This document shows positions 27,836 to 38,954 of a stretch of 64,000 bases of DNA, piece after piece. Both the position numbers and the translations under genes were made by a program. Source of the DNA: Candidatus Heimdallarchaeota archaeon (GTDB lineage Archaea > Asgardarchaeota > Heimdallarchaeia > JABLTI01). The notes below the pieces were generated by a model. That model made no database searches. It saw only the letters and a program-made list of their open reading frames with translations, and was not told the origin of the DNA. The first letter of the stretch is position 1. Each line of letters opens with the position of its first letter. The DNA is taken from contig JAHLVW010000089.1 in the NCBI GenBank assembly GCA_019058275.1, positions 1 to 64,000 of the forward strand, in the 5' to 3' direction.

Positions 27836-29431
27836 TTATGAAAAGAATAAGTCTATGTACTCAACTATTTGATTATCAATTATAAATGGAAGTAAACCAA
27901 ATACGATTAAGCACAATGCTAGAAGAGTACCAAAAAATGTCTGTAAACTCAAATCACGACTTAATCCACCTTCAGTTAAACTGACATCCCTAGTAGATTT
28001 TCCAAATAGTATGTATTTGAATACTAATAGATAGCCAAAAAGCATCATTATAACAATTACAATTAAGGCAATAGCAAAGAAAAGGCAATCTAATTTTATT
28101 AGAGATAGGAGGAGCATGTAAAGATTTACTCCACCAAAAGTTGGAAGAAGTCCAATTGTTGAAAAAATAGATATAATTAAAATGAAAGTTGTTAATGGAT
28201 ATTCCCGAGCAATACCTTTTAAATCAGGTAAACTGTCACTCATGTTTCTTTTTTCAACTATTCTATCCTTAGCTGTAAAACTGAGAAACATTGACAAAGC
28301 AAGATTAATCATCTGTAACATGCTATAACCCATGCATTCCTTAATTGAGAGGAGTGATTCTTGTGAGCTTTCTATTGACATACTTCCTAAAGACAGACAA
28401 GTCAAAATTATACCGATATTAGCAAAAGCAGAAAAGATGATAATTTTTGTTAGACTGATATTCTCAGATTCTTTCTTTGTAACTTGATAAATTAGTAGTA
28501 ACGCACCTTCAAAAGCAGTAAGAAGACCAAAAATCGCAAGTAACATTGGATAGTTTGCCATATCATAATTTTCTGGATTAAAGAATGACAAAAGAACTCT
28601 AAACATTGACACTAGTGCTAGACTACTGGTGATACCCATCATGAAGAATTGTGTGGTTCCTGATGTTTTCTGTATGGTTTTTGGCATCCATAGATTGAGC
28701 AGAAAAACATTAGCAAAGATTCCAAATCCTATTACAACTAAGGCAATAATAGTATAAATTACAAAAGGTATATTTTGAATTCGAGAAGAGGACATAATAG
28801 CATCATCATTCCTAATTGTATCAAAATTCAAAGTTCCGAATACACCATAACATAATACAACTGCCAATAACAAAAGGGCGATGCTTAAACCAATTAAAAT
28901 GAAAGATCTAACACCACCTTCTTTTAGATTTTCAGTTTGTCGTTTGAATGAAATAAGCGAAATCAAAGAAACTCCAATGATAACCCAAGATAAAATCATG
29001 GTAAGAAAATCATATGAGAGTGATACACCATTAATGCCTGCAACTAGAAATAGAATTATGCTCACATATATTGGTGCTTCTGGCTTTTCTCGTTGTTTTG
29101 CTGATTCAAAAATGAAGACAAATATTATGATTATATTGATTAGTAACATGAACCAAGTAGAAAATCCATCTGCTCTAAACTGTACGCCTATTGGGGGACC
29201 ATATTCATTTCCAACAGATGTATTATAGACCCCATATAGGATTTTTGTTGATGAATTCATAATTCTGTAATTCAATGCAGCTATTAAAGCAACTATAGCT
29301 ATCAAAACTCCTGCACCAAGTTCAGCAGCAAAGCTTTTTAACCATTTTTTGAAACCGAAGATAACTAATGCTGCTACAAATGGGAGAAGTATAGGTATTA
29401 ACATGAGAATAGTTACAGACATTTCTGCCAT
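27836..29431 (-). CDS. MrpD/NuoN-like antiporter subunit (degenerate)
   Basis: PPIGVQFRAD, DFLTM, GTLNF, GLLPTFGG; polytopic membrane protein. Confidence 0.75.
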   Translation of the reverse strand: MAEMSVTILMLIPILLPFVAALVIFGFKKWLKSFAAELGAGVLIAIVALIAALNYRIMNSSTKILYGVYNTSVGNEYGPPIGVQFRADGFSTWFMLLINIIIIFVFIFESAKQREKPEAPIYVSIILFLVAGINGVSLSYDFLTMILSWVIIGVSLISLISFKRQTENLKEGGVRSFILIGLSIALLLLAVVLCYGVFGTLNFDTIRNDDAIMSSSRIQNIPFVIYTIIALVVIGFGIFANVFLLNLWMPKTIQKTSGTTQFFMMGITSSLALVSMFRVLLSFFNPENYDMANYPMLLAIFGLLTAFEGALLLIYQVTKKESENISLTKIIIFSAFANIGIILTCLSLGSMSIESSQESLLSIKECMGYSMLQMINLALSMFLSFTAKDRIVEKRNMSDSLPDLKGIAREYPLTTFILIISIFSTIGLLPTFGGVNLYMLLLSLIKLDCLFFAIALIVIVIMMLFGYLLVFKYILFGKSTRDVSLTEGGLSRDLSLQTFFGTLLALCLIVFGLLPFIIDNQIVEYIDLFFS

Positions 29432-29432
29432 C

Positions 29433-31349
29433 TTAGTTACCTCCCATAAATGACATAACTGAGATCATTATAACCAAAGCCAATATTGCCCCAATGACGC
29501 TTGCATAAGGAGCTTTTATTCTTGTCCATGCAAATAGCTTGCTTAGAAAGCCAATTGGTTGGAAAATGATCAAATCATATATTTTATCAATATATAGACC
29601 ATTTTCAAATGCTCTTTTAGTAAATTTAGTAATACTCAAATTCCTGAATCTATCGATAATTTTGCCTCGTCCATCCCTATACACAAAATATGTGCCAATA
29701 AAAGCACCTGCACATAAGATAAGTGTTAAGGGGGAAGCAATCCAACTACTGAAAATCGGGGAGTCATATGAAACAAAGTAAGGTGTATCTAATAAACCGG
29801 ATATAAATGAAGGAGTTGGATATCCTATTAATAATATAAAAATCCCAGCAAAAATCGCCCAAATTAGAGAGATACTTCCAGAGACTAGTGATTGTTTTTT
29901 CAGGGATCTCATTGAATATTCATCATTTACCTCTCCATGGAAGAGCTTCATGAATGATTTAGTAATTGCTATTATTAGCAATATTGAACAAATTATTGTG
30001 AGAATAAGTATTGCTATGCTTGATGGAATACTACTTATTATTAATGATTTTAGTATCATGTCCTTGCTGAAGTAAATACTTGATGGAAAAATACCTGATA
30101 GAGCTAAAATGGCTATAAATCCAATGTAATATAAAGTTGGATACTCTCCCTTAAGTCCACTAACTCTAGAGATCGATCTAATCCTTAATGATTCAATTAT
30201 CATACCAAAAACGATATAGAGAGCGATACTTGAAGGAATAGAAAGCAAAAGGTGTATAATTGCTGAAGAAAATCCTAACTTATTTCCACTACTAAAACCA
30301 ATTAATGAAAAACTAATTTGTGCAAGAGAAGCTCCAATAATTACCCGATTGATATTATCTGATGTAAAGATCATTCCTATGATAACTATAAGAGAAATTA
30401 CTGAAAACCAACCTATTATGATAAATGGTGTTTGACTAAATATACCAATATTTGTTCCATATTCATAACCTCCTCTAGAGAAGATTGGATATAGAAGACC
30501 TAATATATACAGACCAAAATTTCCAATTGTAACACTTAGAAGAAAAGCAGAAACAGATAAGGGGGATTTTGATAGATCATGATCGTTTTGCTTACCGCTT
30601 AATGGCCAAATCAAAATTGGTATTTGAGCTGATTTTATCAAAGACCCAATTACTATGAAAACTTTGATTAGTAATCTAGTTGAACTACTTGAACCGCCAA
30701 TAATTTTTACAGGTGGAAAAATCCATTTAGCAATAAGTTCGCTTATTATAGAAGTATCAAATGAAACCATAATGAATCCAAAACCAATCAATAAGAAGAA
30801 ATCACCAATAATACTGATAATTAGATATTTTATAGCAGCATTACCTGCTTTTTCTCCTTCATCTCCAGATTTTCGATGGTAGTGTGAAATTAGAAAGAAC
30901 GCACACAATGAAGCTATTTCAAATCCTGCAAATAACCAAAAAATATTGTTGGAGAATACACCCATCATTGTTGCTGCTAGCGTGATCTGATAAAAGAACC
31001 AATATTGGCTTCTATAACGATCGTAATTCATAAATGATATCGAATATAGAGCTAGTAGTGCACTAAAATTAGAGATTATACATGCAAAAATGATTGATGT
31101 TTCACTCAATCGTATACCAAGCTCCAAACCAGGTAGCCAAAAAATTCCATAAGTATAATCTGCATGCAGATACTTTAGTAAAATAAAGGAAATTATAGCT
31201 TGAGGGATAAAAATGATTATGAACAAAATCCAATCTCTTGTTCTACCTTCAGCAGCAATAGCATCTTCTAGTTGTGATAAAACTAATCCTATAAAAGCTC
31301 CAACTAATGGAATAATAATTAGCAAAGCTACTAAAAGTAATCCGCTCAT
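29433..31349 (-). CDS. NuoL/MrpA-like antiporter subunit
   Basis: FEIASLCAFFLI, IGDFFLLIG, KSAQIP, YFSKD. Confidence 0.8.
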   Translation of the reverse strand: MSGLLLVALLIIIPLVGAFIGLVLSQLEDAIAAEGRTRDWILFIIIFIPQAIISFILLKYLHADYTYGIFWLPGLELGIRLSETSIIFACIISNFSALLALYSISFMNYDRYRSQYWFFYQITLAATMMGVFSNNIFWLFAGFEIASLCAFFLISHYHRKSGDEGEKAGNAAIKYLIISIIGDFFLLIGFGFIMVSFDTSIISELIAKWIFPPVKIIGGSSSSTRLLIKVFIVIGSLIKSAQIPILIWPLSGKQNDHDLSKSPLSVSAFLLSVTIGNFGLYILGLLYPIFSRGGYEYGTNIGIFSQTPFIIIGWFSVISLIVIIGMIFTSDNINRVIIGASLAQISFSLIGFSSGNKLGFSSAIIHLLLSIPSSIALYIVFGMIIESLRIRSISRVSGLKGEYPTLYYIGFIAILALSGIFPSSIYFSKDMILKSLIISSIPSSIAILILTIICSILLIIAITKSFMKLFHGEVNDEYSMRSLKKQSLVSGSISLIWAIFAGIFILLIGYPTPSFISGLLDTPYFVSYDSPIFSSWIASPLTLILCAGAFIGTYFVYRDGRGKIIDRFRNLSITKFTKRAFENGLYIDKIYDLIIFQPIGFLSKLFAWTRIKAPYASVIGAILALVIMISVMSFMGGN

Positions 31350-31748
31350 CTATTTTTCACCAGCTTTTGATGTTACTGTTTCGTTAATTGATTGGCTTCC
31401 TTCTTCATCTTTAGTAATATTTACACCATCAGCAAAGAAATTAAACTCTAATTCTGTTGAATCATGATTTTTTCTCAAAAATTTATCAATGGTAGTTCCA
31501 ACAACTAGTAAAACAACTCCTATTACTATGATTAATATAGAAATTGTTTGAGCAAAAGGATCTGGGGTTGGTGATGTTTCTCCTCCTAAACCAAAGGATA
31601 AGAGGAGGAGATTAACTGCCATTAAAAGTAATTCAATGCCAAATACAGCTCGTAAAAATGTCTTACAAGTTATCAATGCATAGATACCTATTGCAAGCAA
31701 AATAATCACACAGATAAGGGAATATGGAAAGAAGGTTGACCAGTCCAT
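31350..31748 (-). CDS. NuoK/MrpC-like subunit
   Basis: AIGIYAL...IELLLMAVNL...DPFAQ. Confidence 0.8.
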   Translation of the reverse strand: MDWSTFFPYSLICVIILLAIGIYALITCKTFLRAVFGIELLLMAVNLLLLSFGLGGETSPTPDPFAQTISILIIVIGVVLLVVGTTIDKFLRKNHDSTELEFNFFADGVNITKDEEGSQSINETVTSKAGEK

Positions 31749-32077
31749 TATACTCTATACCTCCTCTGATTTGCTTGCTTTTTCATATCAGATTTAAAAT
31801 TCAGCAAGTAACTGCTAAAGATAAGTGTCAAGAGTAAAAGTATTACAATCAAAATCAAATCAAAAACTCGAAATGTCCATAAATATCGACCAATTCTATT
31901 GGAAGCTATAATATAGTCCATACCTTCGGATGGTTCTTCATCCACATAGAACAATCCTTCTTGTAAATTCATTAATGAAAAGGTGATAACTGTAACAAAT
32001 ATGCTAGCTACTACAATACCAATACCTCGAATAAACCATTGATTTATTCTTTTTTGGTTTAAGTCAGTTTCACTCAT
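31748..32077 (-). CDS. NuoJ C-terminal/MrpB-like small membrane subunit
   Basis: IGRYLWTFRVFDL motif; operon position. Confidence 0.55.
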   Translation of the reverse strand: MSETDLNQKRINQWFIRGIGIVVASIFVTVITFSLMNLQEGLFYVDEEPSEGMDYIIASNRIGRYLWTFRVFDLILIVILLLLTLIFSSYLLNFKSDMKKQANQRRYRV

Positions 32078-32092
32078 TTATTAAACCTCATA

Positions 32093-32503
32093 TCAGAAAT
32101 TCCGCATATCCCTCTGGACTGTTCGTTTGCTTCGTAATTTTACTCTATCAATTATAATAACAGTACAAAAGATTAGAATAACAACCACAAAGATAAATGG
32201 CCAAGCATCTCCTAAAGAAAAATTATCTTTGAATGCAAAAAAGGAAAACATTAGGAATATTAACAATATACCTATGATTATTGTATAAACAGAATATAGA
32301 TACAAACTTTCTAGTTGCTCACCACTTGTTTCAACTGATTTCACTATTTTTTTGCTTGATTCAATCACATCTATTTTCTCTTGTTTTTTACGTTTGAAGA
32401 TTTTATTCAAGGAAGATAACAAGAGAGTGATGAAAAACAATACTGCGACAAAACCAATTGCTATTGCTAAGGCAATTCCAAGGTCATTCACAGTTAATGT
32501 CAT
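32093..32503 (-). CDS. NuoA-like three-TM membrane subunit
   Basis: 3 TM segments with ETSGE loop; first gene of the operon. Confidence 0.45.
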   Translation of the reverse strand: MTLTVNDLGIALAIAIGFVAVLFFITLLLSSLNKIFKRKKQEKIDVIESSKKIVKSVETSGEQLESLYLYSVYTIIIGILLIFLMFSFFAFKDNFSLGDAWPFIFVVVILIFCTVIIIDRVKLRSKRTVQRDMRNF

Positions 32504-32560
32504 TTTGTTCCCTACATTATTACCTTTACAACAAGCAATTACGTTTTTATTATTTATTAT

Positions 32561-35281
32561 CTAATTGGTTGATTGTGTGATTGATAGTTTATTGCAGATT
32601 AAATGATAACTTTCCATTAGTTGATCTACTAGATTAGAAGTTCCACTGTGAATCTTCTTTCCCATAGTAACAATTTTCTTCAAACCAACCTCAACACTAG
32701 CATATGCACGTCGAAATGCATCAGATAATAACAGCTCAGTTAGATTATTGATATGGTCATTATTGAATGGTTGATATGTGTATACCCGACCAATTATCTC
32801 ATTTTCTTCACTGTCTTCAGTTAATATAAAGAATTTCTTGATTTCTTCTGAGATTATTGGTGGTTTAATAGGTAAGTAACTATAAAGATAGCTTTTCTCA
32901 TCTGCTGGTTTCGATAGTGGAATTGTTGTAAAAATGCTCAGTGGTTTATTGTATAATAACCTATCACCAATTAACGTAAAAAGATCATTTTTAAATTGAA
33001 AGCTCAATCTAACTAATTCTTTTCTTTCTAAATCGCTATTAGTAAATTCTTCAAACTTCTTGTTTATAGATTCTGTTAAACTAGATCTAATAAATTGGTT
33101 CAAAATATTCTCATGTATGTTTTGATTTGTAGAATCTTTAATCTCAAAGTTAACTCTGAACATAGTTTCGAGTACATCATTAAAATCAATAGACCATTTC
33201 TTGAATTGACTAAGTGATTCTCGCATTTCCTTACTATAATCTGATTCTTTATGAGGTAATGGTATTGCAAGAAGTTGTAATGATGTTATATTTGTAGTTA
33301 ATCCAGAGTAATTTACTGCAGATGCTTTAGAGATGTTCTCCAATTCCTTATTTGACATGTTTTTGTTTATTGATTTCATTTGCTCGAGATGTTTTCTTAT
33401 TTGGGGGATACTAATCTCTTGTATTCGCCCTAAAAATCCAGTTTCCAAATATGATTTTTTGTTTTCTTTAGTTATTTTACCCTTTGATGCATCAGTTTCA
33501 ATTTGAGATATTATAGTAATTATTTTGTCAGCTGTCTTTCGAAAATGTTCATTTACATGTTTGATATCAATTGTTATTTTATTTTCGGGTTTATATTTTA
33601 TTTTAGGTTCAGGTTCGAAGCTATGTAATTTGTCTTCAACAGAATCTATAATTCGACTTAGTTGTCCGATTAACCATGTACGTGGTCCAGAAAATGATTG
33701 AATTAGATTAAACGTAAGTCCTATTTCTATTGCTAATGATTCAGAAAGATTATAAAACAACAAACCATCAGTTGATATTGTTGGGGTATTTTTTGCACCC
33801 AGAGAAATTTGTCCAAACAAATGATTGTGAACCCAACTAAAGGTATTAGCAATAGATTGTATGAGAATACTATTTTTTATCAATGAACATTCTGGGGAAG
33901 CTTTAGGTAAATCTACATCAACAAGCTTTTTCTTTTTAGATTTCTTCTTAGTAGATTTCTTCTCGGTCTCAGTCATTTCGATGCTGATTGTTTTTGGTAT
34001 TCCTGGTGCTTGTTTTGTAGTAAGTTTTGATTCTTGACTTGATATCTGAGGTATTTTTTCAGGTTTTAAGGTGTCCAAATCAATGGGTTTTGATAGATTA
34101 GTATTAACAATTGTAATGAATTCATCAATATATTCAGATGGAACAATTCCATTAGAGGTATTATAGATACAAGAAAGAAATTCCTCTTGAAGATTGAACT
34201 GACTAAGAATTTTGCAGAATTGTTTTAGAAATGGAAGTTCAAAAGGACGATCGCCAATTTCTACCAAGTAATTTCTTAAGAAATTCCAACCAATTTTTCT
34301 ATCGTCGTCTACACCAATTTTAGATAGAATAGCATCTATACCTCTAATACTAATACCAATTGGTCCTCTTATAATCAGTAAATTAACGATAAATGAATTG
34401 AAAAGTAATGGTAACTGTGTTTTATAAAAACTTTCAATTTTATCTAGTATATTTCCTGAATATTGAATCAAAGGCATTAATCCTCCTTGTAGAATATACT
34501 GGAAAAGGGCTGTTGATACTTTTTCTTTGTAATTTGTTTCTTTAAAATTTCTTGTGAAAGTATTTGTTAGAACATTTATTCCTGACCAATATTCTTTCTT
34601 TCCAAAAAATTGCTTAAATGCTAATTTGGGAAAGAATTCAGGATAATTTTTTTCTTTAATCCAATGACAGAATTGTTCAATTTGATTTTCAAGAAGCTCA
34701 TCATCAATAGGCAATGTTATAAATCGATCTTTTTCTTGTAGAAAATTTATATTCTCATAAAATGTAGATTTTCTCGCTCTTTTGCGATAATCGCTTATTG
34801 CTTCAGCCAGAATCTCAATGGTTTCTTTATTAGTTGGGATATAACCCTCTACGTTCCCTTTAACTAGTTTTTTTGCTAATTTGGGTTTCTGACATATCAT
34901 TACCATTATCGAATAACATAATTCACTAAGAGCAAGTTCTTGTTCTCGAGATAATTCACCTTCTCTTACGATAACAGCAACTCTCATCTGAGAACTGTGT
35001 TTGATTTCAGGGCTAATTAATCCTAAATTATCATTGATTTGACTTAAGTGCCGAATATAAACATGAGCATTATACAACTCAGAATGTCTTAATTCACCTT
35101 GTTGAAGCATTTCTTGAAACATATTTGACATTCCAGATAATGCTCCACTAATTAAAGTTGCTTCTGTATGATCCTCTTGAAAAATCCCTGCAGTGATAAA
35201 AGGCACAGAACCTGTCATTACAACAAGATCTATTTTTTTAGCAAGGACTTCTATACCCATATGAACAACACCTATACTCAA
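32561..35281 (-). CDS. Large hypothetical protein with N-terminal longin/roadblock-like domain
   Basis: LVVMTGSVPFI...LISGALSGMSNMFQEM...ELRHSEL pattern. Confidence 0.5.
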   Translation of the reverse strand: MSIGVVHMGIEVLAKKIDLVVMTGSVPFITAGIFQEDHTEATLISGALSGMSNMFQEMLQQGELRHSELYNAHVYIRHLSQINDNLGLISPEIKHSSQMRVAVIVREGELSREQELALSELCYSIMVMICQKPKLAKKLVKGNVEGYIPTNKETIEILAEAISDYRKRARKSTFYENINFLQEKDRFITLPIDDELLENQIEQFCHWIKEKNYPEFFPKLAFKQFFGKKEYWSGINVLTNTFTRNFKETNYKEKVSTALFQYILQGGLMPLIQYSGNILDKIESFYKTQLPLLFNSFIVNLLIIRGPIGISIRGIDAILSKIGVDDDRKIGWNFLRNYLVEIGDRPFELPFLKQFCKILSQFNLQEEFLSCIYNTSNGIVPSEYIDEFITIVNTNLSKPIDLDTLKPEKIPQISSQESKLTTKQAPGIPKTISIEMTETEKKSTKKKSKKKKLVDVDLPKASPECSLIKNSILIQSIANTFSWVHNHLFGQISLGAKNTPTISTDGLLFYNLSESLAIEIGLTFNLIQSFSGPRTWLIGQLSRIIDSVEDKLHSFEPEPKIKYKPENKITIDIKHVNEHFRKTADKIITIISQIETDASKGKITKENKKSYLETGFLGRIQEISIPQIRKHLEQMKSINKNMSNKELENISKASAVNYSGLTTNITSLQLLAIPLPHKESDYSKEMRESLSQFKKWSIDFNDVLETMFRVNFEIKDSTNQNIHENILNQFIRSSLTESINKKFEEFTNSDLERKELVRLSFQFKNDLFTLIGDRLLYNKPLSIFTTIPLSKPADEKSYLYSYLPIKPPIISEEIKKFFILTEDSEENEIIGRVYTYQPFNNDHINNLTELLLSDAFRRAYASVEVGLKKIVTMGKKIHSGTSNLVDQLMESYHLICNKLSITQSTN

Positions 35282-35463
35282 TTGTAATTTGCAAGAAATA
35301 GTTATAGATGTATAATAAAATCTTTCCCTCAGTTCGCAACAAATGAATAAAAGAGATATATTTAGTGTAAAAGTTGAAGAACTAAATTCACATTCATTAG
35401 TAAGTAAATTAGAATGAAATATGAAAAATAATGCGGAAAAGCATCAAAATTGTATTGAACAAT

Positions 35464-36186
35464 TTAAATTTGATGCATCCATAATAAACTTCTATAAACG
35501 TTTTTAATTCTCTTTTGTAATTCATCAACTGCTTTAGTTTCATTCATCTTTTCTAAGCCTTTCAAGACTTTACGGCAGTAATCGCATTCCTCACCATTGG
35601 AGACTTTCTTGTTATCAATATCTAAGATTACTTCTGATTCATAATAGTCTCGCAATCCTTGAGCAATACCGATGATATCGTAATCACGAGGATCGACAAA
35701 GGTTTCAGTAAACCAACTAATTCGTAGTTCCTTTTTATGAACGAATAATTTTAATGTAGCAATTGCAATTTCCATTAAAGCTAAATCACCAGTAACAATG
35801 ACGGTTTTACCTGTCATTACTGGTTTCATTACATACTCTAAATTATTACCAAATGTTTTGAGCATAAGAGTAATACTGGCTCTAGCTTCGGGTCTTGGTG
35901 ATGGAGTAGCTGCAGTTGTTGATGCGGCTTGTGCAGTTGTTGCAGCTGAGGTTCTAGCAGATACTTCTTCTCTACTTGATCTTGCAATTGTAGATGAACG
36001 ATGTTGTCTAAGTGATAAATTTTTATCAAGTAAAAGAGTAATTACATGATCATCATGTAGATAAGAAACTTGCCATAACCCACCTACTTGCGTCTTAAGA
36101 TCATCTACATAAATTGGTATGGAAATGTCTTTTCCGCAGCCTTTACAATTAAGAGCTATTTCTTTTAATGGTACCCTAGCAGACAA
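35464..36186 (-). CDS. Zn-ribbon + folliculin/DENN-like domain protein
   Basis: CKGC..HDDH; A/T-rich linker; VMTGKTVIV...LKLF...YDIIGI...ILDID. Confidence 0.55.
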   Translation of the reverse strand: MSARVPLKEIALNCKGCGKDISIPIYVDDLKTQVGGLWQVSYLHDDHVITLLLDKNLSLRQHRSSTIARSSREEVSARTSAATTAQAASTTAATPSPRPEARASITLMLKTFGNNLEYVMKPVMTGKTVIVTGDLALMEIAIATLKLFVHKKELRISWFTETFVDPRDYDIIGIAQGLRDYYESEVILDIDNKKVSNGEECDYCRKVLKGLEKMNETKAVDELQKRIKNVYRSLLWMHQI

Positions 36187-36391
36187 TATTTACAACTCCG
36201 ACTAATGCCAATAATATGAATTTTTAATATTCGTATATTATTAGTTAGTGCTAATGTTTTAAAGTTTTATGACAAAATCTTCCGTATTTCTAGGAAGAAG
36301 ATTACCTTATATTTATTACTTTATAGACATTGTAATACTAACTAATACCTAAGTACTACTTAGCTATTTTCACATAAAATAAGTCTTTTTT

Positions 36392-38089
36392 TCACGGCAA
36401 ATAACCCATAATTCCCATGATGACTAGACAAAAACCAAAGAAGAATGAAACGGTTGATACTAAAGCTAGTAGCTTTTTACTACGGAATACTAACCTTGGC
36501 AAGTCCCTTAATTTGTATGGAAAAGTTTTGACTTCTCGAAGAGTTAGGAATGGAAATGCTGTAGTTAATCTTCCGACAAATCCCACAGCAAAAGCAATTG
36601 TCACTGCTTTATATTGACTATAAAATGGTGAAAAACCACCAATTGTTATCTCTCCAATAAGAAAGTCTACAAGGTATCCTCCCAGTAATGAACCAAGGAA
36701 TAGTATTACTCCATAAAACATATTGTAAAAACCAACATATAAGCTCCTATTCTTTTCAGGAGTTACATCAATAAGATAAGATTGCATAACAGCTGAATTC
36801 AAACCAAGAGGTATGCAAATTATAGCATGAATTACTATAATGTGCCATACTTGACTTGCAAACATATAGCTTATGGGCATAGCAACAAGAATGAATCTAT
36901 TCATAACCATCTGAGGTTTTCTGCCAATAAGATCTGAAATCCCCCCAGCATAACGAATAGTAATAACAGTTGCAATACTCATTACAACAGAAAAGATAGC
37001 GATTTCTAAGAAATTTGCTCCAATATCACTTCTTTGTCTGATTGGGAAAAGTGGCCAACACCAAGACATAAAGAAGGATTGTATACCGAAAACAATTGTG
37101 AATTTCCTAAAGTCTTTGTTTTTGAACATTTCCAGAACTTTAATTGTAAAAGACTCTTCAATGGTCTCTGCATCTTTTGAAATTTCAAGTGTTTTGGTTT
37201 CATCAGTTGTTACGCAAATTGCTTCAATCCCATCACTAGCAATTGCTTGTGAATCTTTACCGTTAATTATTACACTTTCGATTACACTTGAATCAGCTTC
37301 TTTTTCATGAGATTTTATCTTGCTTTTTCTGTTTGTTTTTTTCTCAAGTAATTTTGAGAGAACTTGAGCTCTACTTCTAGCTTTCTTTTCTTTAAATGAA
37401 AAAATGGCAAAAGCAGATGCAAATCCTGCAACCAATCCAAATGCTATTGGAAGAAAATAATTGAGTTGAAATGTCCAAGAACCTATAGATAATTCTCCAG
37501 CAATATAATTGAACAAAATACCACCTAATATTGTAGATAAGATATATGGGAATTGAGAAAACCAATTAACATTGGCGATTATTTTTCCTCGAATTTTCTG
37601 TGGTATAATTTCACCTAGTAGTGCAGTCCATGCAGGTGTTCCTAATGAAACTACCAACGAAATAACACTCGCAATTACAATTATCATCACTACTTTGTTC
37701 ACAAAGAGAAGAAGTATCCAAATGCTAGAATAAAGTATATTTGACAGAGCAACAAACACAGATCTTCTTTGAATCTTATCTGAAAGGAAACCAAAAACTG
37801 GTTGTACGAAATTACCCAGTAGATTGCTAAGCGCTCGCAACCAACCCATTTGACTTCCTGTTGCACCCATATCAATTGCTATAGTCGTTAAAAATGGATC
37901 AACCATACCATAGCTAAATGTAGCTAAGATTGAACGTCCGTAAATTTTCTCTCGCTCAGGAATTTTAGCCAATTCATCATCCGATAAATCAATCTTATCA
38001 TCCTCAGATACAGCTTCATAATAATCAGGTGCTTCAGGAATTGACACTAATCTGGGATTATCTTCGTCCTGAGGATCATTGTTTGGCAT
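36392..38089 (-). CDS. MFS transporter
   Basis: GFLSDKIQRR and GGISDLIGRK motif A copies; about 12 TM. Confidence 0.9.
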   Translation of the reverse strand: MPNNDPQDEDNPRLVSIPEAPDYYEAVSEDDKIDLSDDELAKIPEREKIYGRSILATFSYGMVDPFLTTIAIDMGATGSQMGWLRALSNLLGNFVQPVFGFLSDKIQRRSVFVALSNILYSSIWILLLFVNKVVMIIVIASVISLVVSLGTPAWTALLGEIIPQKIRGKIIANVNWFSQFPYILSTILGGILFNYIAGELSIGSWTFQLNYFLPIAFGLVAGFASAFAIFSFKEKKARSRAQVLSKLLEKKTNRKSKIKSHEKEADSSVIESVIINGKDSQAIASDGIEAICVTTDETKTLEISKDAETIEESFTIKVLEMFKNKDFRKFTIVFGIQSFFMSWCWPLFPIRQRSDIGANFLEIAIFSVVMSIATVITIRYAGGISDLIGRKPQMVMNRFILVAMPISYMFASQVWHIIVIHAIICIPLGLNSAVMQSYLIDVTPEKNRSLYVGFYNMFYGVILFLGSLLGGYLVDFLIGEITIGGFSPFYSQYKAVTIAFAVGFVGRLTTAFPFLTLREVKTFPYKLRDLPRLVFRSKKLLALVSTVSFFFGFCLVIMGIMGYLP

Positions 38090-38370
38090 TAAAAAATTGC
38101 TCCGAACGTTAAATTGACTTGTCTTTTTGCTTTACAGAACCAATCAAATATTTACTAAAAACTTTCTGTTTGATATGAGCTTTCAATAGAATTTGGATAC
38201 TTTAGCTATATCCTGAAGTAGAATAATATATCTAATCCAAAGAATGTCTGTTCTTATATTAGGTGACAAGCATTATGAATTCTGAAAAAAATAATCTAGA
38301 AGAGCTTGTAAAAATTGGCAGAGAAGAAAGAAAAAAAGAAAATAAAGAAATCAAATAATTGATTTCCATT

Positions 38371-38730
38371 TCATTCTAAAAATTTACCTACTATGACTAG
38401 TATACCACCTACAAGTATTAACCAGCCAGGTATACCCGAAACAAGTGCACCGATGATTACTAGAATAATTCCTCAAATAATTAGATCAAATTCTAGAATT
38501 TTTGAAAATGATTTTGTAGCACCTATGATCAGGGCAATTGCACTTAAAGCAATAAAGATTATTGGCCAAATAATATTAGTAGCTCCAATAATCCAGCCTA
38601 GCAAACCGTTACCACCTAGATACCAAGGGGTAAAAATGTTGACGTTTACAAAGCTCAAAATACCAGCGACTACGCCTAATATTCCTCCAAGTAAAGCTGA
38701 GAGGAATCCAATCTTATCTAATTTAACCAT
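38371..38730 (-). pseudogene. Small membrane protein interrupted by in-frame TGA at 38473-38475
   Basis: Hydrophobic frame continues past the stop: ...FDLII*GIILVIIGALVSGIPGWLILVGGILVIVGKFLE*. Confidence 0.65.
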
Positions 38731-38954
38731 TGTTTTCAATAGCTCCATACAGATAGTAATAGATAGTAATAATTCACATAAAGTGAATTGAACAATATAG
38801 CACAAGAAAGGATAAATTGATTATTTTCTTTTAATGTAAAATAAAATCAAAACGACATTTTTTTAAAAATGGTATTTCAAATGAAAAAATAACCAATCAC
38901 ATATCAATCAAAAAGATTTTAAAATAAGTTTGAAGGCAAATAAAGTGCTTTAAT

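Noticed and set aside
38393-38791. 132-aa plus-strand ORF
   Set aside because: Antisense shadow of the minus-strand membrane-protein gene; its continuity supports the minus frame extending beyond the TGA
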